The notes beneath the pieces are model-generated. The model saw only the letters and a program-made list of their open reading frames with translations, did not search any database and was not told the DNA's origin. This document shows positions 9,137 through 19,536 of a DNA stretch of 64,000 nt, one piece after another. The stretch is from a bacterium (GTDB lineage: Bacteria > Babelota > Babeliae > Babelales > JABJEI01): positions 12,821 to 76,820 of the forward strand of contig JABJEI010000029.1 of NCBI GenBank assembly GCA_018663245.1, in the 5' to 3' direction. The position numbers and the translations under genes were made by a program. How positions within the stretch are numbered: position 1 is the first letter of the stretch; each line of letters opens with the position of its first letter.

Positions 9137-9511
9137 GGCTTATACCCCCTTAAATACAGTAGATTGATTACAATTCAGGTCAAAAAACCCGACTGAGACA
9201 AACCAGCCGGGACACTAATGCATTTTATATACGAATATTTACTCAGTCAATAGTTTTAATAAAAAACACAAATAGAGTGATATTGATTTTCTCCAAATCA
9301 ATAAGGTCCAACTTAAAACGAGCTAAATTTAGTTTGTCTTGTATATACAAAATGCCCTGCAAAAATGCACAGGTTTTCCATCTACATCTAAATTCTAACT
9401 GCATACTCACAACTATTTCACAGAAATTACACACAGCCCTTCACCTCTGCTGCTCATATTGGCTAAGCTGTGCCAAACAATTAAACGAACCCTGGATAGA
9501 AAGAGCAGTTC

Positions 9512-11131
9512 ATGTCAAAAATTACATCAATCACCTTAGCAACCCTTGTATGCACGAGCTTTGGGCAATCTAAGTGCGCCAATATTTACCTGCCACAAGC
9601 TATTGCAGCGCGAGCAGTTACTTCGGTAATCAAACCTAAAACCCGAACCTTTAAACAACGAGTAACACGTAATCCAACCATAAATGAACTTCTTGATACG
9701 CTTAACATGCTTCAACCGAAACATGCGCTAGCCTATATTATGTGGGCCATCAAGCAGGACAAAAATGATATACACAAAAACATGACGGCCCACGCTGGTC
9801 ATGGAGTCGAGCTCCCCGAAACAGAGCTAACGTTTTTACAAAACAGAGACAAGATCACACGCCCAGCTATCGAACAGACTCTTGGCATACAAATACCAGC
9901 CAAGGCCGCACGTATTGCATGGGCAGGGAGTGGCGGAGGCTATCGCGCTATATGTTTTAATCTGGGCTTTTTACGAGCTATGGAAGAGACTGGCCTGTTC
10001 GACACTGTAACTTACCTTGGTGGAGTGTCTGGTTCGACCTGGTTGCTTGGTGCCTGGTTACGCCACCAAACCTCTATAAAGAACCTAACTCATCTGCTCG
10101 AAAAACAGTTTAAAAATCCACTTATCGACGACTTTGATTTAACCGAAGCTATAAAGATGGGAGTTTTGCGAAAACTTTGCGGAGCCGAGCTTACCCTGGT
10201 TCATCTGTTTGGAATGTTTTTGGCAAAACGAATGTTTGGAGATCATGCACTCTCATACCACATTCGCCTATCTGATTTTGAACCACTATTTTTGGACAAA
10301 AATGCAAAAACGCCACCGCTCCCATTTTACACTGCTGGCGGAGCCCATGACCCAGAAACAATCTCTGTTGCATTCAGCCCTCTTAATACCTTTATCGACA
10401 GTTATAACAAAAAAACTGGTAAATACAGCCACACAAATTATCCAACATGGGCGCTAGGTCGTCGATGGAAAAGAGGCAAAACCACTTACGGCATGAGTGA
10501 GCATTTTGGTTATGTACTAGGAATTTGTGGTTCAGCATTCACCGTCAACATCGCTGAGGCCGCAGAGCGATACCAATCAATGCTTCCCGAAGCTCTGTTT
10601 GAAGCTGCCCACTGGATAAAAATTGGTAAAGAACAGATGCGACTTTCACCTGGATACCATTGGAACCCTGATTACAAAGTTCCACGAAGGCCATACTACA
10701 ACGAAAAAAGAAGCTTCTTGGTCGACTTTGGTGTGAAGCGAAACTGCGGTTGCGTTGAGGCACTTATGGCACCAGAACGGGACGTCCAAATTCTCTTTAT
10801 TGGCGACGCATCAGGTAACGTCACAGGCGCTCCAATGCTGCGAGCAGAACAAGAACGAGCTAATCTTATTGGCAGATCATTCCCTGAAATAGATTATGAC
10901 TCAATTGACGATCAGCCTCTTCATATATTCAAAAATGACGATCTACTCATAATCTATCTTATGTTCCAAAATCAGCACGACACCCCACTTACCAATACAT
11001 TTGTCACTAACTACAACAATCCGCCTGAGGCAATCGCTGCAATGAGCGATAAGGCATACAACATCATCATGGATAATGAAGCAAAAATAAAAGACGCAAT
11101 GAAGCAGTTCTTACAACGTAAAATAACATAA
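9512..11131 (+). CDS. Secreted cPLA2 / lysophospholipase-like phospholipase, paralog 2
   Basis: GSGGGYRA, GVSGSTW and GDASGN motifs; hydrophobic N-terminus. Confidence 0.75.
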   Translation: MSKITSITLATLVCTSFGQSKCANIYLPQAIAARAVTSVIKPKTRTFKQRVTRNPTINELLDTLNMLQPKHALAYIMWAIKQDKNDIHKNMTAHAGHGVELPETELTFLQNRDKITRPAIEQTLGIQIPAKAARIAWAGSGGGYRAICFNLGFLRAMEETGLFDTVTYLGGVSGSTWLLGAWLRHQTSIKNLTHLLEKQFKNPLIDDFDLTEAIKMGVLRKLCGAELTLVHLFGMFLAKRMFGDHALSYHIRLSDFEPLFLDKNAKTPPLPFYTAGGAHDPETISVAFSPLNTFIDSYNKKTGKYSHTNYPTWALGRRWKRGKTTYGMSEHFGYVLGICGSAFTVNIAEAAERYQSMLPEALFEAAHWIKIGKEQMRLSPGYHWNPDYKVPRRPYYNEKRSFLVDFGVKRNCGCVEALMAPERDVQILFIGDASGNVTGAPMLRAEQERANLIGRSFPEIDYDSIDDQPLHIFKNDDLLIIYLMFQNQHDTPLTNTFVTNYNNPPEAIAAMSDKAYNIIMDNEAKIKDAMKQFLQRKIT

Positions 11132-11132
11132 A

Positions 11133-12728
11133 ATGTACCAAGGTACTTTTAATAGTCGATACCTCATACTTGCCCTACTACTATCAACGCAAACTCATGC
11201 TTTTGAGCAAAATGAAACAATAAAAATGTTTGGTCAAAATCGCTCAGATAGAAAGTTTATGCAGCTACTTGAACCAGTAATCAGCGCCATTATGAACGAC
11301 CCATACAAAAATCTTACCGTAAACGTACGAGAGTCTAGCAATCTATGCTCACAAGAGCAGGGGTTCCTAACTCAACGTCACCATCACGTAAAAAAAAGCA
11401 TAGAAAATATCCTCGGACATTCTATCAAAAATGAACACGTACCAAAAATTGGTATTTGTGGTAGCGGTGGCGGATACCGCGCATTAGTTGCGATGTTTGG
11501 TAGTATCAGCGGATTTGAGCAAACAGGCTTACTTGATTGCGTAACTTATGCTTCGGGCCTTTCAGGTGCAACTTGGATGCTTGGAACCTGGTACGCACAT
11601 CAAGGAAACCTGCCACTTCTTAAAATTATCCTAAAAAGTGAGTTACAAAACTCGCTACTAAGCGATTTAGAAATAACAGCAATAATCAAAGATGGTTTCA
11701 TTAAATTTCTATACGGCCAAAAGCTTTCTCTGGTTGGCCTGTTTGGAAACATGGCCGCTAACAGGTTGTTTGGTGACTTTGGACGAGAAGCTTATAATCT
11801 CAAGTTTTCAGATATATCCGAAATGATTCGATACGGTAAAATGCCTATGCCCATCATGACAGCCATAACTGTTGAAGGTGGTTATTCATGGCTTGAGTTC
11901 ACACCTTTTGAAGTAGGCAGTGATCAGCTAGAATTCCACATACCAACCTGGTCCCTTGGACGACGTTTTGAGGGCGGTTTATCGACCAACCGAACGCCTG
12001 AAAACAGCCTAGGTTATATCATGGGACTATGCGGATCAGCATTCACGATCAGCCTATCTGAAGCCATGGAAGGCTACTCTAGATTCTTCCCATCTATTAT
12101 TTATGAAACACTGGATACTGTATCCGGATTCACTGAGATAGGCCACAGCAGAATTTCGCCAGGGATAATAAGCAACCCCCAATACAAAAACGCACAACGA
12201 CCTCTTAATCATTTCCCCGACCTTACCGTCGTCGATGGAGGCTTTTACTTCAATATTCCACTGCCAGCACTTCTAAAAAAGGAACGACAAGTTGATATGA
12301 TAATTGTTCTTGATCACTCTTCAGATATCGAAAACGCTCAAGAATTGCGTAAAGCAGCACGTTACGCAAAAAAACATGGCTATAGATTGCCAAAAATTAA
12401 CTATAGAAATTTACACACCAAAGCTGTAACTGTATTTGTTGACCCCGACCCAAGCATCCCGATGCTTCTTTACATACCATTGCTTAAGAATCCCGCTTAC
12501 TCAGAATTTGACCCCATAGCATGTCTTCATGAAGGCGGATATTGCCATACCTTCAATCTATACTACACCCCAGAACAAGTTACGCAGCTTTGCGATCTGA
12601 CAGAGTTCACAATAAAAGAGCACAAAGCCGAGTTTGTTGATGCAATAGAGATGGCAGTTGAACGCAAAAAAAGACAAACCCTTATTAAGCCACCACTAAC
12701 ATTCTTCACTTACAGCTCACATGACTAA
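11133..12728 (+). CDS. Secreted cPLA2 / lysophospholipase-like phospholipase, paralog 3
   Basis: GSGGGYRA, GLSGATW and VVDGGFYFNIP (cPLA2-like DxG..N.P) motifs. It starts 1 nt after the stop of paralog 2, so the two are probably translationally coupled. Confidence 0.78.
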   Translation: MYQGTFNSRYLILALLLSTQTHAFEQNETIKMFGQNRSDRKFMQLLEPVISAIMNDPYKNLTVNVRESSNLCSQEQGFLTQRHHHVKKSIENILGHSIKNEHVPKIGICGSGGGYRALVAMFGSISGFEQTGLLDCVTYASGLSGATWMLGTWYAHQGNLPLLKIILKSELQNSLLSDLEITAIIKDGFIKFLYGQKLSLVGLFGNMAANRLFGDFGREAYNLKFSDISEMIRYGKMPMPIMTAITVEGGYSWLEFTPFEVGSDQLEFHIPTWSLGRRFEGGLSTNRTPENSLGYIMGLCGSAFTISLSEAMEGYSRFFPSIIYETLDTVSGFTEIGHSRISPGIISNPQYKNAQRPLNHFPDLTVVDGGFYFNIPLPALLKKERQVDMIIVLDHSSDIENAQELRKAARYAKKHGYRLPKINYRNLHTKAVTVFVDPDPSIPMLLYIPLLKNPAYSEFDPIACLHEGGYCHTFNLYYTPEQVTQLCDLTEFTIKEHKAEFVDAIEMAVERKKRQTLIKPPLTFFTYSSHD

Positions 12729-12748
12729 AATAATCTTTTAGCCAAAGC

Positions 12749-14929
12749 CTACAACTCCTGAGTTCCACCACCAAGACAAGCCAATTTGTCGATAATAAGC
12801 GTAGTTTGTGCAACTATCTCAAGACGTTGCCAGCTTATAGGAGCAACAAACTGCTTCTCTTTTAAGCTGTCAAAAAATTGACCAAATAACTGCTCATGCC
12901 CAACTTGGCGATCAGAAGTCGACTGATTAAACCAAGAAGAAAAACCGTACCACTCAATGTGCTGGAAATCATCCAGAATAATAGATTTAGAATCAAAGTG
13001 AACTTCCATCCGCTCTGCAGGCAAATCTTTATGCCCAACTGCTGTGTACATTAATGAGCAAACCGAACCATCACTAAAAGTAATCTGAGCGCTAAAGTTG
13101 TCGGTTGGGAACAGATGGTTACCATCAGGCCGAATTGCCTCAACAGAAAGCGCTACCGGCGTTGCCTGAGTTAATTCACAGAACAGGTCTACATACTGGC
13201 AAACTTCGCCAATAATTCTCCCTGCACCCAAATCTGTTTGCATCCAATGCTCTGGCGAAATCATGCCAGCATTAACTCGATACGAAATCATCAAAGGAGA
13301 ACTACGGAAATCAGTTACCTTACGGATTTTTTTAATAAATGGAGAGAATGATCGGGCATAATCAACACAAAAAGGAACCTCTGGATTTTTTCGCAAGAAT
13401 CCCTTCAAACGCTCAAGCTGCTCAATGCTTGTAACCATAGGCTTTTCAAGCATAACCGCCTTACCATTACGCAACGCATTTAGAGCCTGATCACAGTGGT
13501 AGGCATGCGGTGAAGATATCACAACAGCATCAACGGCATCCTGCGAGAATAGTTCCTGATCATTGTTAACAATGTGCTTCAGATTATACTTCTTAGCAAT
13601 TGACTTAGCTGCACTAACGTTAATATCAGAAACTGCATTTACACTTGCATAGTTAAGCGAAGACAAAATTGGAAGCAAAGTTTTACTAGCAAAAGCACCA
13701 GCACCAATAACACCAACACGGATATTAATCCTGTTCTTTGGCATAAATGTTATACGCGCAGGCCGAATAGAGCCAGTTTTTTTAAGAGGCCTAGTTAAGC
13801 GATTCGTCTTAATTGCTTCATAATTTAGAACAATACCAAGATGTGTCTTATCTTCTAGGAGACCCTTAACACCATTATCATCAGGATATTGCACCGTCTT
13901 ATCAATAAAGTCACTGACACTTATTGTGCCATCTTCTATAAGCGATACAAACGCCTGCATGTTTCGATTTTCTGTCCATCGAACGTGATTGTAAGGATAA
14001 TCAATACCACCATGCTCGTACGAAACATCATGCCTTCCTGGACCGTGTGCATACGAGACAAGAATGTCGACTTGCTTATGATCAAGCGTCTCTTGCTCAA
14101 GTTGCAGTCCAACATCACCAACCAGAACAACACGCCCATTTTTACGTGTAAAATTTATGGTTTGATTAATAATAGAGCTAGATTTTGAAGTTGCAGTTAT
14201 GATCGTACAATCAACACCGCGATACTGAGTCTTGTACGCTATCTCAGTTTCTAGATCAGAATCCTGTGAAGCTAAAACAACATCTATTCCAAACTTTTGG
14301 GCTCTTTCTAACCGCTCCTTAACACGGTCAATGCCAATAACTTTACAACCAGACAACTTTGCTAATCGCGCGGTAATCTGACCAACAATGCCAAGTCCGA
14401 ACACGCATACACGCTCACCCAGCTGTACTCCTGCTCGTCGAAGACCTTGCATAGCAACTGTCCCGACAGTTGTTAAACTTGCAGCAGACAAATACTTGCT
14501 ATCCGAAACGCGCGCTACCAAATTTTTTGAAACAACGATCATACCTGCATGCTGTACGTTGGCTGAGCCAGAACAGGCAACCAGATCTCCTGGTCTAAAC
14601 CTTTGAACATTTCTGCCAACAGCAACCACTGTCCCAGAACAAGAATACCCCAATGAACGGACCTGATGCTCGTTTAAGCGCCCGTTATTACTAATATTTG
14701 TACCAGATACAGAAGCGAGTACTTTCTGCACTTTTTCCGATACATTCTCAAATCCAAGATGCTTCTGTTCATGAAGAGCAGAATCAATCTCGGTACGAGA
14801 ATTAACAAATGAATGACTTATGGATACAAGAACAGAGTTAGCGTCAAGACCTGACTCACAGACCTCTTTAACGGCTACAAAACTCTTGTCCAAGAAGAGC
14901 TGTCGCATAGCAATCCCTTGAACCTCCAC
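12749..14929 (-). CDS. Bi-domain oxidoreductase: N-terminal MDR/zinc-ADH-like domain fused to a C-terminal Gfo/Idh/MocA domain
   Basis: N-terminal half has GYSCSGTVVAVG and the Rossmann motif FGLGIVGQ. C-terminal half has VGVIGAGAFASK and the EKP motif (VMLEKPM). An alternative start at 14908 is possible. Confidence 0.75.
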   Translation of the reverse strand: MEVQGIAMRQLFLDKSFVAVKEVCESGLDANSVLVSISHSFVNSRTEIDSALHEQKHLGFENVSEKVQKVLASVSGTNISNNGRLNEHQVRSLGYSCSGTVVAVGRNVQRFRPGDLVACSGSANVQHAGMIVVSKNLVARVSDSKYLSAASLTTVGTVAMQGLRRAGVQLGERVCVFGLGIVGQITARLAKLSGCKVIGIDRVKERLERAQKFGIDVVLASQDSDLETEIAYKTQYRGVDCTIITATSKSSSIINQTINFTRKNGRVVLVGDVGLQLEQETLDHKQVDILVSYAHGPGRHDVSYEHGGIDYPYNHVRWTENRNMQAFVSLIEDGTISVSDFIDKTVQYPDDNGVKGLLEDKTHLGIVLNYEAIKTNRLTRPLKKTGSIRPARITFMPKNRINIRVGVIGAGAFASKTLLPILSSLNYASVNAVSDINVSAAKSIAKKYNLKHIVNNDQELFSQDAVDAVVISSPHAYHCDQALNALRNGKAVMLEKPMVTSIEQLERLKGFLRKNPEVPFCVDYARSFSPFIKKIRKVTDFRSSPLMISYRVNAGMISPEHWMQTDLGAGRIIGEVCQYVDLFCELTQATPVALSVEAIRPDGNHLFPTDNFSAQITFSDGSVCSLMYTAVGHKDLPAERMEVHFDSKSIILDDFQHIEWYGFSSWFNQSTSDRQVGHEQLFGQFFDSLKEKQFVAPISWQRLEIVAQTTLIIDKLACLGGGTQEL

Positions 14930-15101
14930 GAACTTACGGAACCTTCAAAGTCTTCATCTTAACAGAAGAGACTTACCAAAAGATACCACACATCCCAACC
15001 TTGGCAAGGAGGTCATAAAAAGATAGCATCCATTGCATACCTAACCTCCCACTCAGTACCGTAAATACACACATTAATAAATTGAATAAGAGGATAACAA
15101 T

Positions 15102-16364
15102 ATGAAAAAATTAATACTCATTAGCCTGTTTCTAGCAGCTACCGCAGCATATACCCGCATCCCAAAAGGTCTAGACGGCGGAAGTAACCGCTGCTACTTC
15201 AACGCAACTCTTCAGTCACTGTGCAATATCGAGCAACTTTCAGATTACTTTATTAACAATACTGGAATCGTAAATAAATCCATAAACTTATATAAAGACA
15301 ATGACAATAAAAACAAGATCGTTAGTTCCAAAACAATAGTCACAGAGTTTGCCACAGCTTTAAGCCGAATGCGCAAGGCAACCAAGTCAATAACAATTTC
15401 CAACAAATTTTACCGCAATATTCAAGACAATTTCATTTTCCCCAAATTACGCAGAACTGATATCCGAGCCTACGACAAACAGCGAGATGCTACAGGATTC
15501 ACATCAGGCCTACTCGCAACCCTGGGAAATAACGTTAAAAGCTGCACAGCCTATCAACCACCAGGCTACACAGGAGTCGATGGCCCATGCAACATCGTAC
15601 CTGGTAAACTTTTTGCTTTTTCAGAAATTTACACAAAAATAGCAGCCGAAGATAAAACTGGAGACAAAGCGTACAAAAAAGATGACATACTTTCTATAAA
15701 AAACGACTACTCTGATAAGCTAAGCTTACCTATACCAAAACAAAACAAACCAAATCGTCTCACAGAATTACTTAACAACTATCATCAAGAACCCAACGAA
15801 ACAGACTTCACAATAAGTTACAGAAGTGATGGAAACCCAATTTACATAAAAGCCAAAACATTCATCACCCTGCAAAGCACGCCAGAAATTTTACAGTTAA
15901 TGTTCAAGCGACAAATTTACGCTAAAGACGGAACAATAACCAAAGACAATGCCAAAATCAGCTTCCCACAAGAGCTAGATCTTTCCGACTTCCCGCTGAC
16001 AGATAAAAACACAATCGGAAACAGAAACTACCAACTAATCGCCATTATCGCCCAGTCGGGCAGCATTACTGGTGGACACTACATCGCCTACACTCGTGAC
16101 GTTACCCAAACAAACAAAAATAAGCAGTGGTACAAGTGTGATGATTCTATAATCACACAACTCAATAACAAAAAAGCCCAAAAAGTTTTTGCCGGTGAGC
16201 ACGAAGGAGATTTCACTCCATATCTACTTTTTTACCAACGCCAAGATTCATTTAATGAGGCGTCGCAAATGGCAGGAGAAATTCCTGACATTTCCAAAGA
16301 CTTAACCAAGCTTAACGCACAGCTGGCAATCATCAAAAATGCAATCGACCAACAAGGAAGTTAA
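15102..16364 (+). CDS. Secreted ubiquitin-specific protease (USP/UCH, peptidase C19)-like protein
   Basis: Signal peptide, then Cys box GGSNRCYFNATLQSL, His box GSITGGHYIAYTRD and WYKCDDS. This is the eukaryotic USP core arrangement. Confidence 0.75.
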   Translation: MKKLILISLFLAATAAYTRIPKGLDGGSNRCYFNATLQSLCNIEQLSDYFINNTGIVNKSINLYKDNDNKNKIVSSKTIVTEFATALSRMRKATKSITISNKFYRNIQDNFIFPKLRRTDIRAYDKQRDATGFTSGLLATLGNNVKSCTAYQPPGYTGVDGPCNIVPGKLFAFSEIYTKIAAEDKTGDKAYKKDDILSIKNDYSDKLSLPIPKQNKPNRLTELLNNYHQEPNETDFTISYRSDGNPIYIKAKTFITLQSTPEILQLMFKRQIYAKDGTITKDNAKISFPQELDLSDFPLTDKNTIGNRNYQLIAIIAQSGSITGGHYIAYTRDVTQTNKNKQWYKCDDSIITQLNNKKAQKVFAGEHEGDFTPYLLFYQRQDSFNEASQMAGEIPDISKDLTKLNAQLAIIKNAIDQQGS

Positions 16365-16489
16365 AATAATAGGCTTCAAATCTAGAAGAACAGTGTTAAG
16401 CTCAGATTATATTTGCAAATCGGCAACTTCAAATGAACGTGGCCGATGAGCATCATTAACATCTATAATCGTTTAAACAAGAGTTATTC

Positions 16490-16900
16490 ATGACAAAAAT
16501 TATAAACCCTGGTCAAAGATCGCTTTATTACATCGCAATTATCGCTTTGCTTTTAACAACCCCACACCTACAAGCAGTAAAACAATTGAAAAATGCAAAA
16601 ATAATAAAGAAAATTCATGGCATTCCAAGATTTTTCCATAAATTAAAAAATTCCACTTACATGGAAAATTTTAGATCTACCAAAACTTTCAGTGATACTT
16701 CACCGATAAATGGAAATAAAAATAATAAACTCAATTACCAGCAACTGATTATTCGCAATAACAAGCAACGATGCCGGCGTGCATGCGAATTCACAGTCGA
16801 ATACTCAAAGATAGATGGAAAGATTACCAGAATATGGAGCGATAACATCCCAATGAAAGGAAAAATATTCTACGACCTTAAAGCCATCATTACAAAATAA
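16490..16900 (+). CDS. Hypothetical secreted basic protein
   Basis: ORF with hydrophobic N-terminus YYIAIIALLLTTPHLQA; no recognisable motif. Confidence 0.4.
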   Translation: MTKIINPGQRSLYYIAIIALLLTTPHLQAVKQLKNAKIIKKIHGIPRFFHKLKNSTYMENFRSTKTFSDTSPINGNKNNKLNYQQLIIRNNKQRCRRACEFTVEYSKIDGKITRIWSDNIPMKGKIFYDLKAIITK

Positions 16901-16903
16901 TCA

Positions 16904-16925
16904 ACGGGGAGACTAAGCTCCCCGT
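16904..16925. terminator. Hairpin between convergent genes
   Basis: acggggag / ctccccgt 8-bp stem with a 6-nt loop; the T-run is weak. Confidence 0.45.
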
Positions 16926-16932
16926 ACTTTCA

Positions 16933-19509
16933 CTACGCTTGCAACAAGCCCTTGATTGCTTTATCAAGATCACCTGTCAGCTCTCCACCACCTTGAATGG
17001 TCGAGCCCTTTCCGCCACCACGTAAGCCATGCTCACTCAGCAGCTTAGAAAACGACTCTGTCGTAATTTTTGCATCCAATGAAGCATCTTTGCAGGCAAC
17101 AAACTGGCTTCTATCGGCATCCTGATTTACTACCACATACAATCCAGGTTTACCTCGGTTAAGCTTGGTAGCAATGTCACGAACCGAAGACGCGTCATAG
17201 CCCTTAAGCGTTAACACAAGCATAGGCACATCATTAACCAGCTCGACTTTTTCTAGCCATACAGGCAGCTTTGCGGCTACCAGCTGAGTGCGTAATTTTT
17301 TGGCCTGATTGTTTGCCTGTTTAAGCTGCTTGCGTTGACGTTCTACCGCTTCCAAAATCTCAGCCTGCTGTACCTTAAAGTCAGTACCAAGCCTGTTAAT
17401 AATACCAAATGATTGTTGATAGTTTTTAACAGCAGATGGCCCGGTAAGGCCAACAATTCGACGAATTCCCGCAGACAGCGAGCCTTCTTCAATAATTTTA
17501 AATACACCGATATCACCAGTTGCATTTACATGTGTTCCACCACACAGCTCTGCTGAGAACTCTCCAATGTCGATAACACGAACACAGTCAGGGTTATACT
17601 TGTCACCAAAGAACGAAACAACACCGCGTTCCGTTGCATCTTTGTAAGTAGTTTCAAAAACATTAAGCGTAATGTTTTCCATAATTTTGGCATTAACCAG
17701 CGCTTCTACCTCGCGAATCTGATCCTCACTCATCTGCTTGTGATGTGTAAAATCAAATCGTAAATGACCTGGCTCAACTAAAGAACCGGCCTGCTTAACC
17801 CCCGAGCCCAACACTTGCACCAATGCAGCTTGCAGAAGGTGCGTAGCTGTATGATTCTTCATCGTGTTTGAGCGGGCTTCTTGATCAACTGACAGGGTAA
17901 TCGTGTCGCCAATTTTTATAGCTGCTGGCAGTGTAGCAACATGGGCAATAGCCTTACCAATTTTTAATAAACCTGTGATTGAGGCCTGAGTGCCGTCACC
18001 AAGCTTTATTTGCGACGCATCGCTTACCTGACCGCCACCTTCGACGTAACAAGGAGTCTTATCTGTTACCACCATGCAGGTAGTATTTGCATCAACAGAC
18101 TCAACCGTCCTACCATCAACAATAAGAGCCGTAATTTTAGCCTGTGACTCAATGTTCTGATAACCGACAAATTCTGTTACCTGGCTCAACTCAACATCAA
18201 CCCCTTGCACCTTGAACGCAGCTTTGCCACCAGAACGCTTACGCTGGTCCTTCATCTCTGCGTGGAAACCATCAACATCCACCGTGTAGCCGTGATCTAG
18301 AGCGATAACGTTGGTCAACTCTAAAGGGAAACCAAACGTATCATACAATTTAAACGCTTGTTTGCCAGTAATATGCTTACCGTCTTTGGCCGCACCAATG
18401 TACTCCTGCATAATCTGTTGACCACGATTGAGGTTTTGCACAAACGAATCAATTTCAGATTTTAGGACAGCCTGTATACGGCTTTGGTTGCTTTCAAGAG
18501 CCGGGTAAATTTCCTTCATCGAATCAATAAAAAATGGTAGCAGATCAACAAACAATTGCGCATCGCGTAACTTCTGAGCAAACAAAGCAGCGCGACGAAT
18601 AATTTTGCGAATAACGTATCCACGGCCTTCATTAGATGGTGACCCACCATCACTAATAGCAAGCACACTAGAGCGCATGTGATCAGCCAAAACACGACAA
18701 GATGACTTCTGCTCGCCCTGCTCAAGTGCATAATAATCAGCGCCGGTTAACTCTTTTATACCCTTAAAAATAGGCTCAAAAAGATCGGTATCAAAAACTG
18801 AATCCTTACCCTGCACAACTAATGCTAAACGCTCAAGCCCCATTCCAGTATCAACACCGGTCTGCTTGAGAGGAACGTCAGTACCATCAGCTTGCCGATT
18901 AAACTGCATGAAAACTAGATTCCAAATTTCCAGATATCGGTCAGTTTCAAAGTCATTTTCTGGTCCAAACGACGGACCACGGTCAATAAATATCTCGGTG
19001 CACGGACCACACGGACCAGTGTCACCCATCTGCCAAAAATTATCTTCATCAAATCGATGCATTCGCTCGTGCGGTATGCCAATTTCTTTATTCCAAAGAT
19101 CATAAGCTTCGTCATCACTCAAGTGAACCGTTGCATGCAGCTTTTCTTTTGGCAGACCAATGTCATTAGTTAAAAAATTCCACGCAAACTGGATAGCCTC
19201 ACGCTTAAAGTAATCCCCAAACGAGAAGTTACCCATCATCTCAAAAAACGTCAGATGCCGCTTAGTAAAACCAACATTCTCTAGATCGTTATGCTTACCA
19301 CCAGCACGAATACATTTTTGTATTGAAACCGCACGAGTATAACTACACGTTTCATTACCCAAAAAAAGATCTTTAAACTGATTCATACCAGCGTTTGTAA
19401 ACAGAAGCGTTGGGTCTTGAGCCGGTATTAGTGAAGAACTGTCGACAGGAGTGTGCCCGTTTTGCTCAAAAAATTTAAAAAACTTACGTCGTAGTTCCAT
19501 AGATTTCAT
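16933..19509 (-). CDS. alaS: Alanine--tRNA ligase
   Basis: Full-length AlaRS: N-terminal FFKFFEQNGHT, class II core, editing domain HTATHLL..CGGTH, and a C-terminal DHHA1-like region. Confidence 0.97.
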   Translation of the reverse strand: MKSMELRRKFFKFFEQNGHTPVDSSSLIPAQDPTLLFTNAGMNQFKDLFLGNETCSYTRAVSIQKCIRAGGKHNDLENVGFTKRHLTFFEMMGNFSFGDYFKREAIQFAWNFLTNDIGLPKEKLHATVHLSDDEAYDLWNKEIGIPHERMHRFDEDNFWQMGDTGPCGPCTEIFIDRGPSFGPENDFETDRYLEIWNLVFMQFNRQADGTDVPLKQTGVDTGMGLERLALVVQGKDSVFDTDLFEPIFKGIKELTGADYYALEQGEQKSSCRVLADHMRSSVLAISDGGSPSNEGRGYVIRKIIRRAALFAQKLRDAQLFVDLLPFFIDSMKEIYPALESNQSRIQAVLKSEIDSFVQNLNRGQQIMQEYIGAAKDGKHITGKQAFKLYDTFGFPLELTNVIALDHGYTVDVDGFHAEMKDQRKRSGGKAAFKVQGVDVELSQVTEFVGYQNIESQAKITALIVDGRTVESVDANTTCMVVTDKTPCYVEGGGQVSDASQIKLGDGTQASITGLLKIGKAIAHVATLPAAIKIGDTITLSVDQEARSNTMKNHTATHLLQAALVQVLGSGVKQAGSLVEPGHLRFDFTHHKQMSEDQIREVEALVNAKIMENITLNVFETTYKDATERGVVSFFGDKYNPDCVRVIDIGEFSAELCGGTHVNATGDIGVFKIIEEGSLSAGIRRIVGLTGPSAVKNYQQSFGIINRLGTDFKVQQAEILEAVERQRKQLKQANNQAKKLRTQLVAAKLPVWLEKVELVNDVPMLVLTLKGYDASSVRDIATKLNRGKPGLYVVVNQDADRSQFVACKDASLDAKITTESFSKLLSEHGLRGGGKGSTIQGGGELTGDLDKAIKGLLQA

Positions 19510-19536
19510 AATTTATTCCCTTAAAAATTTATAACT

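Noticed and set aside
9211-9281. NrdR-box-like strings (acactaatgcatttta, acacaaatagagtgat) upstream of nrdD.
   Set aside because: The half-sites are mis-spaced and the central positions do not match the palindromic NrdR consensus. The two candidates are also not at the usual roughly 31-bp phasing.
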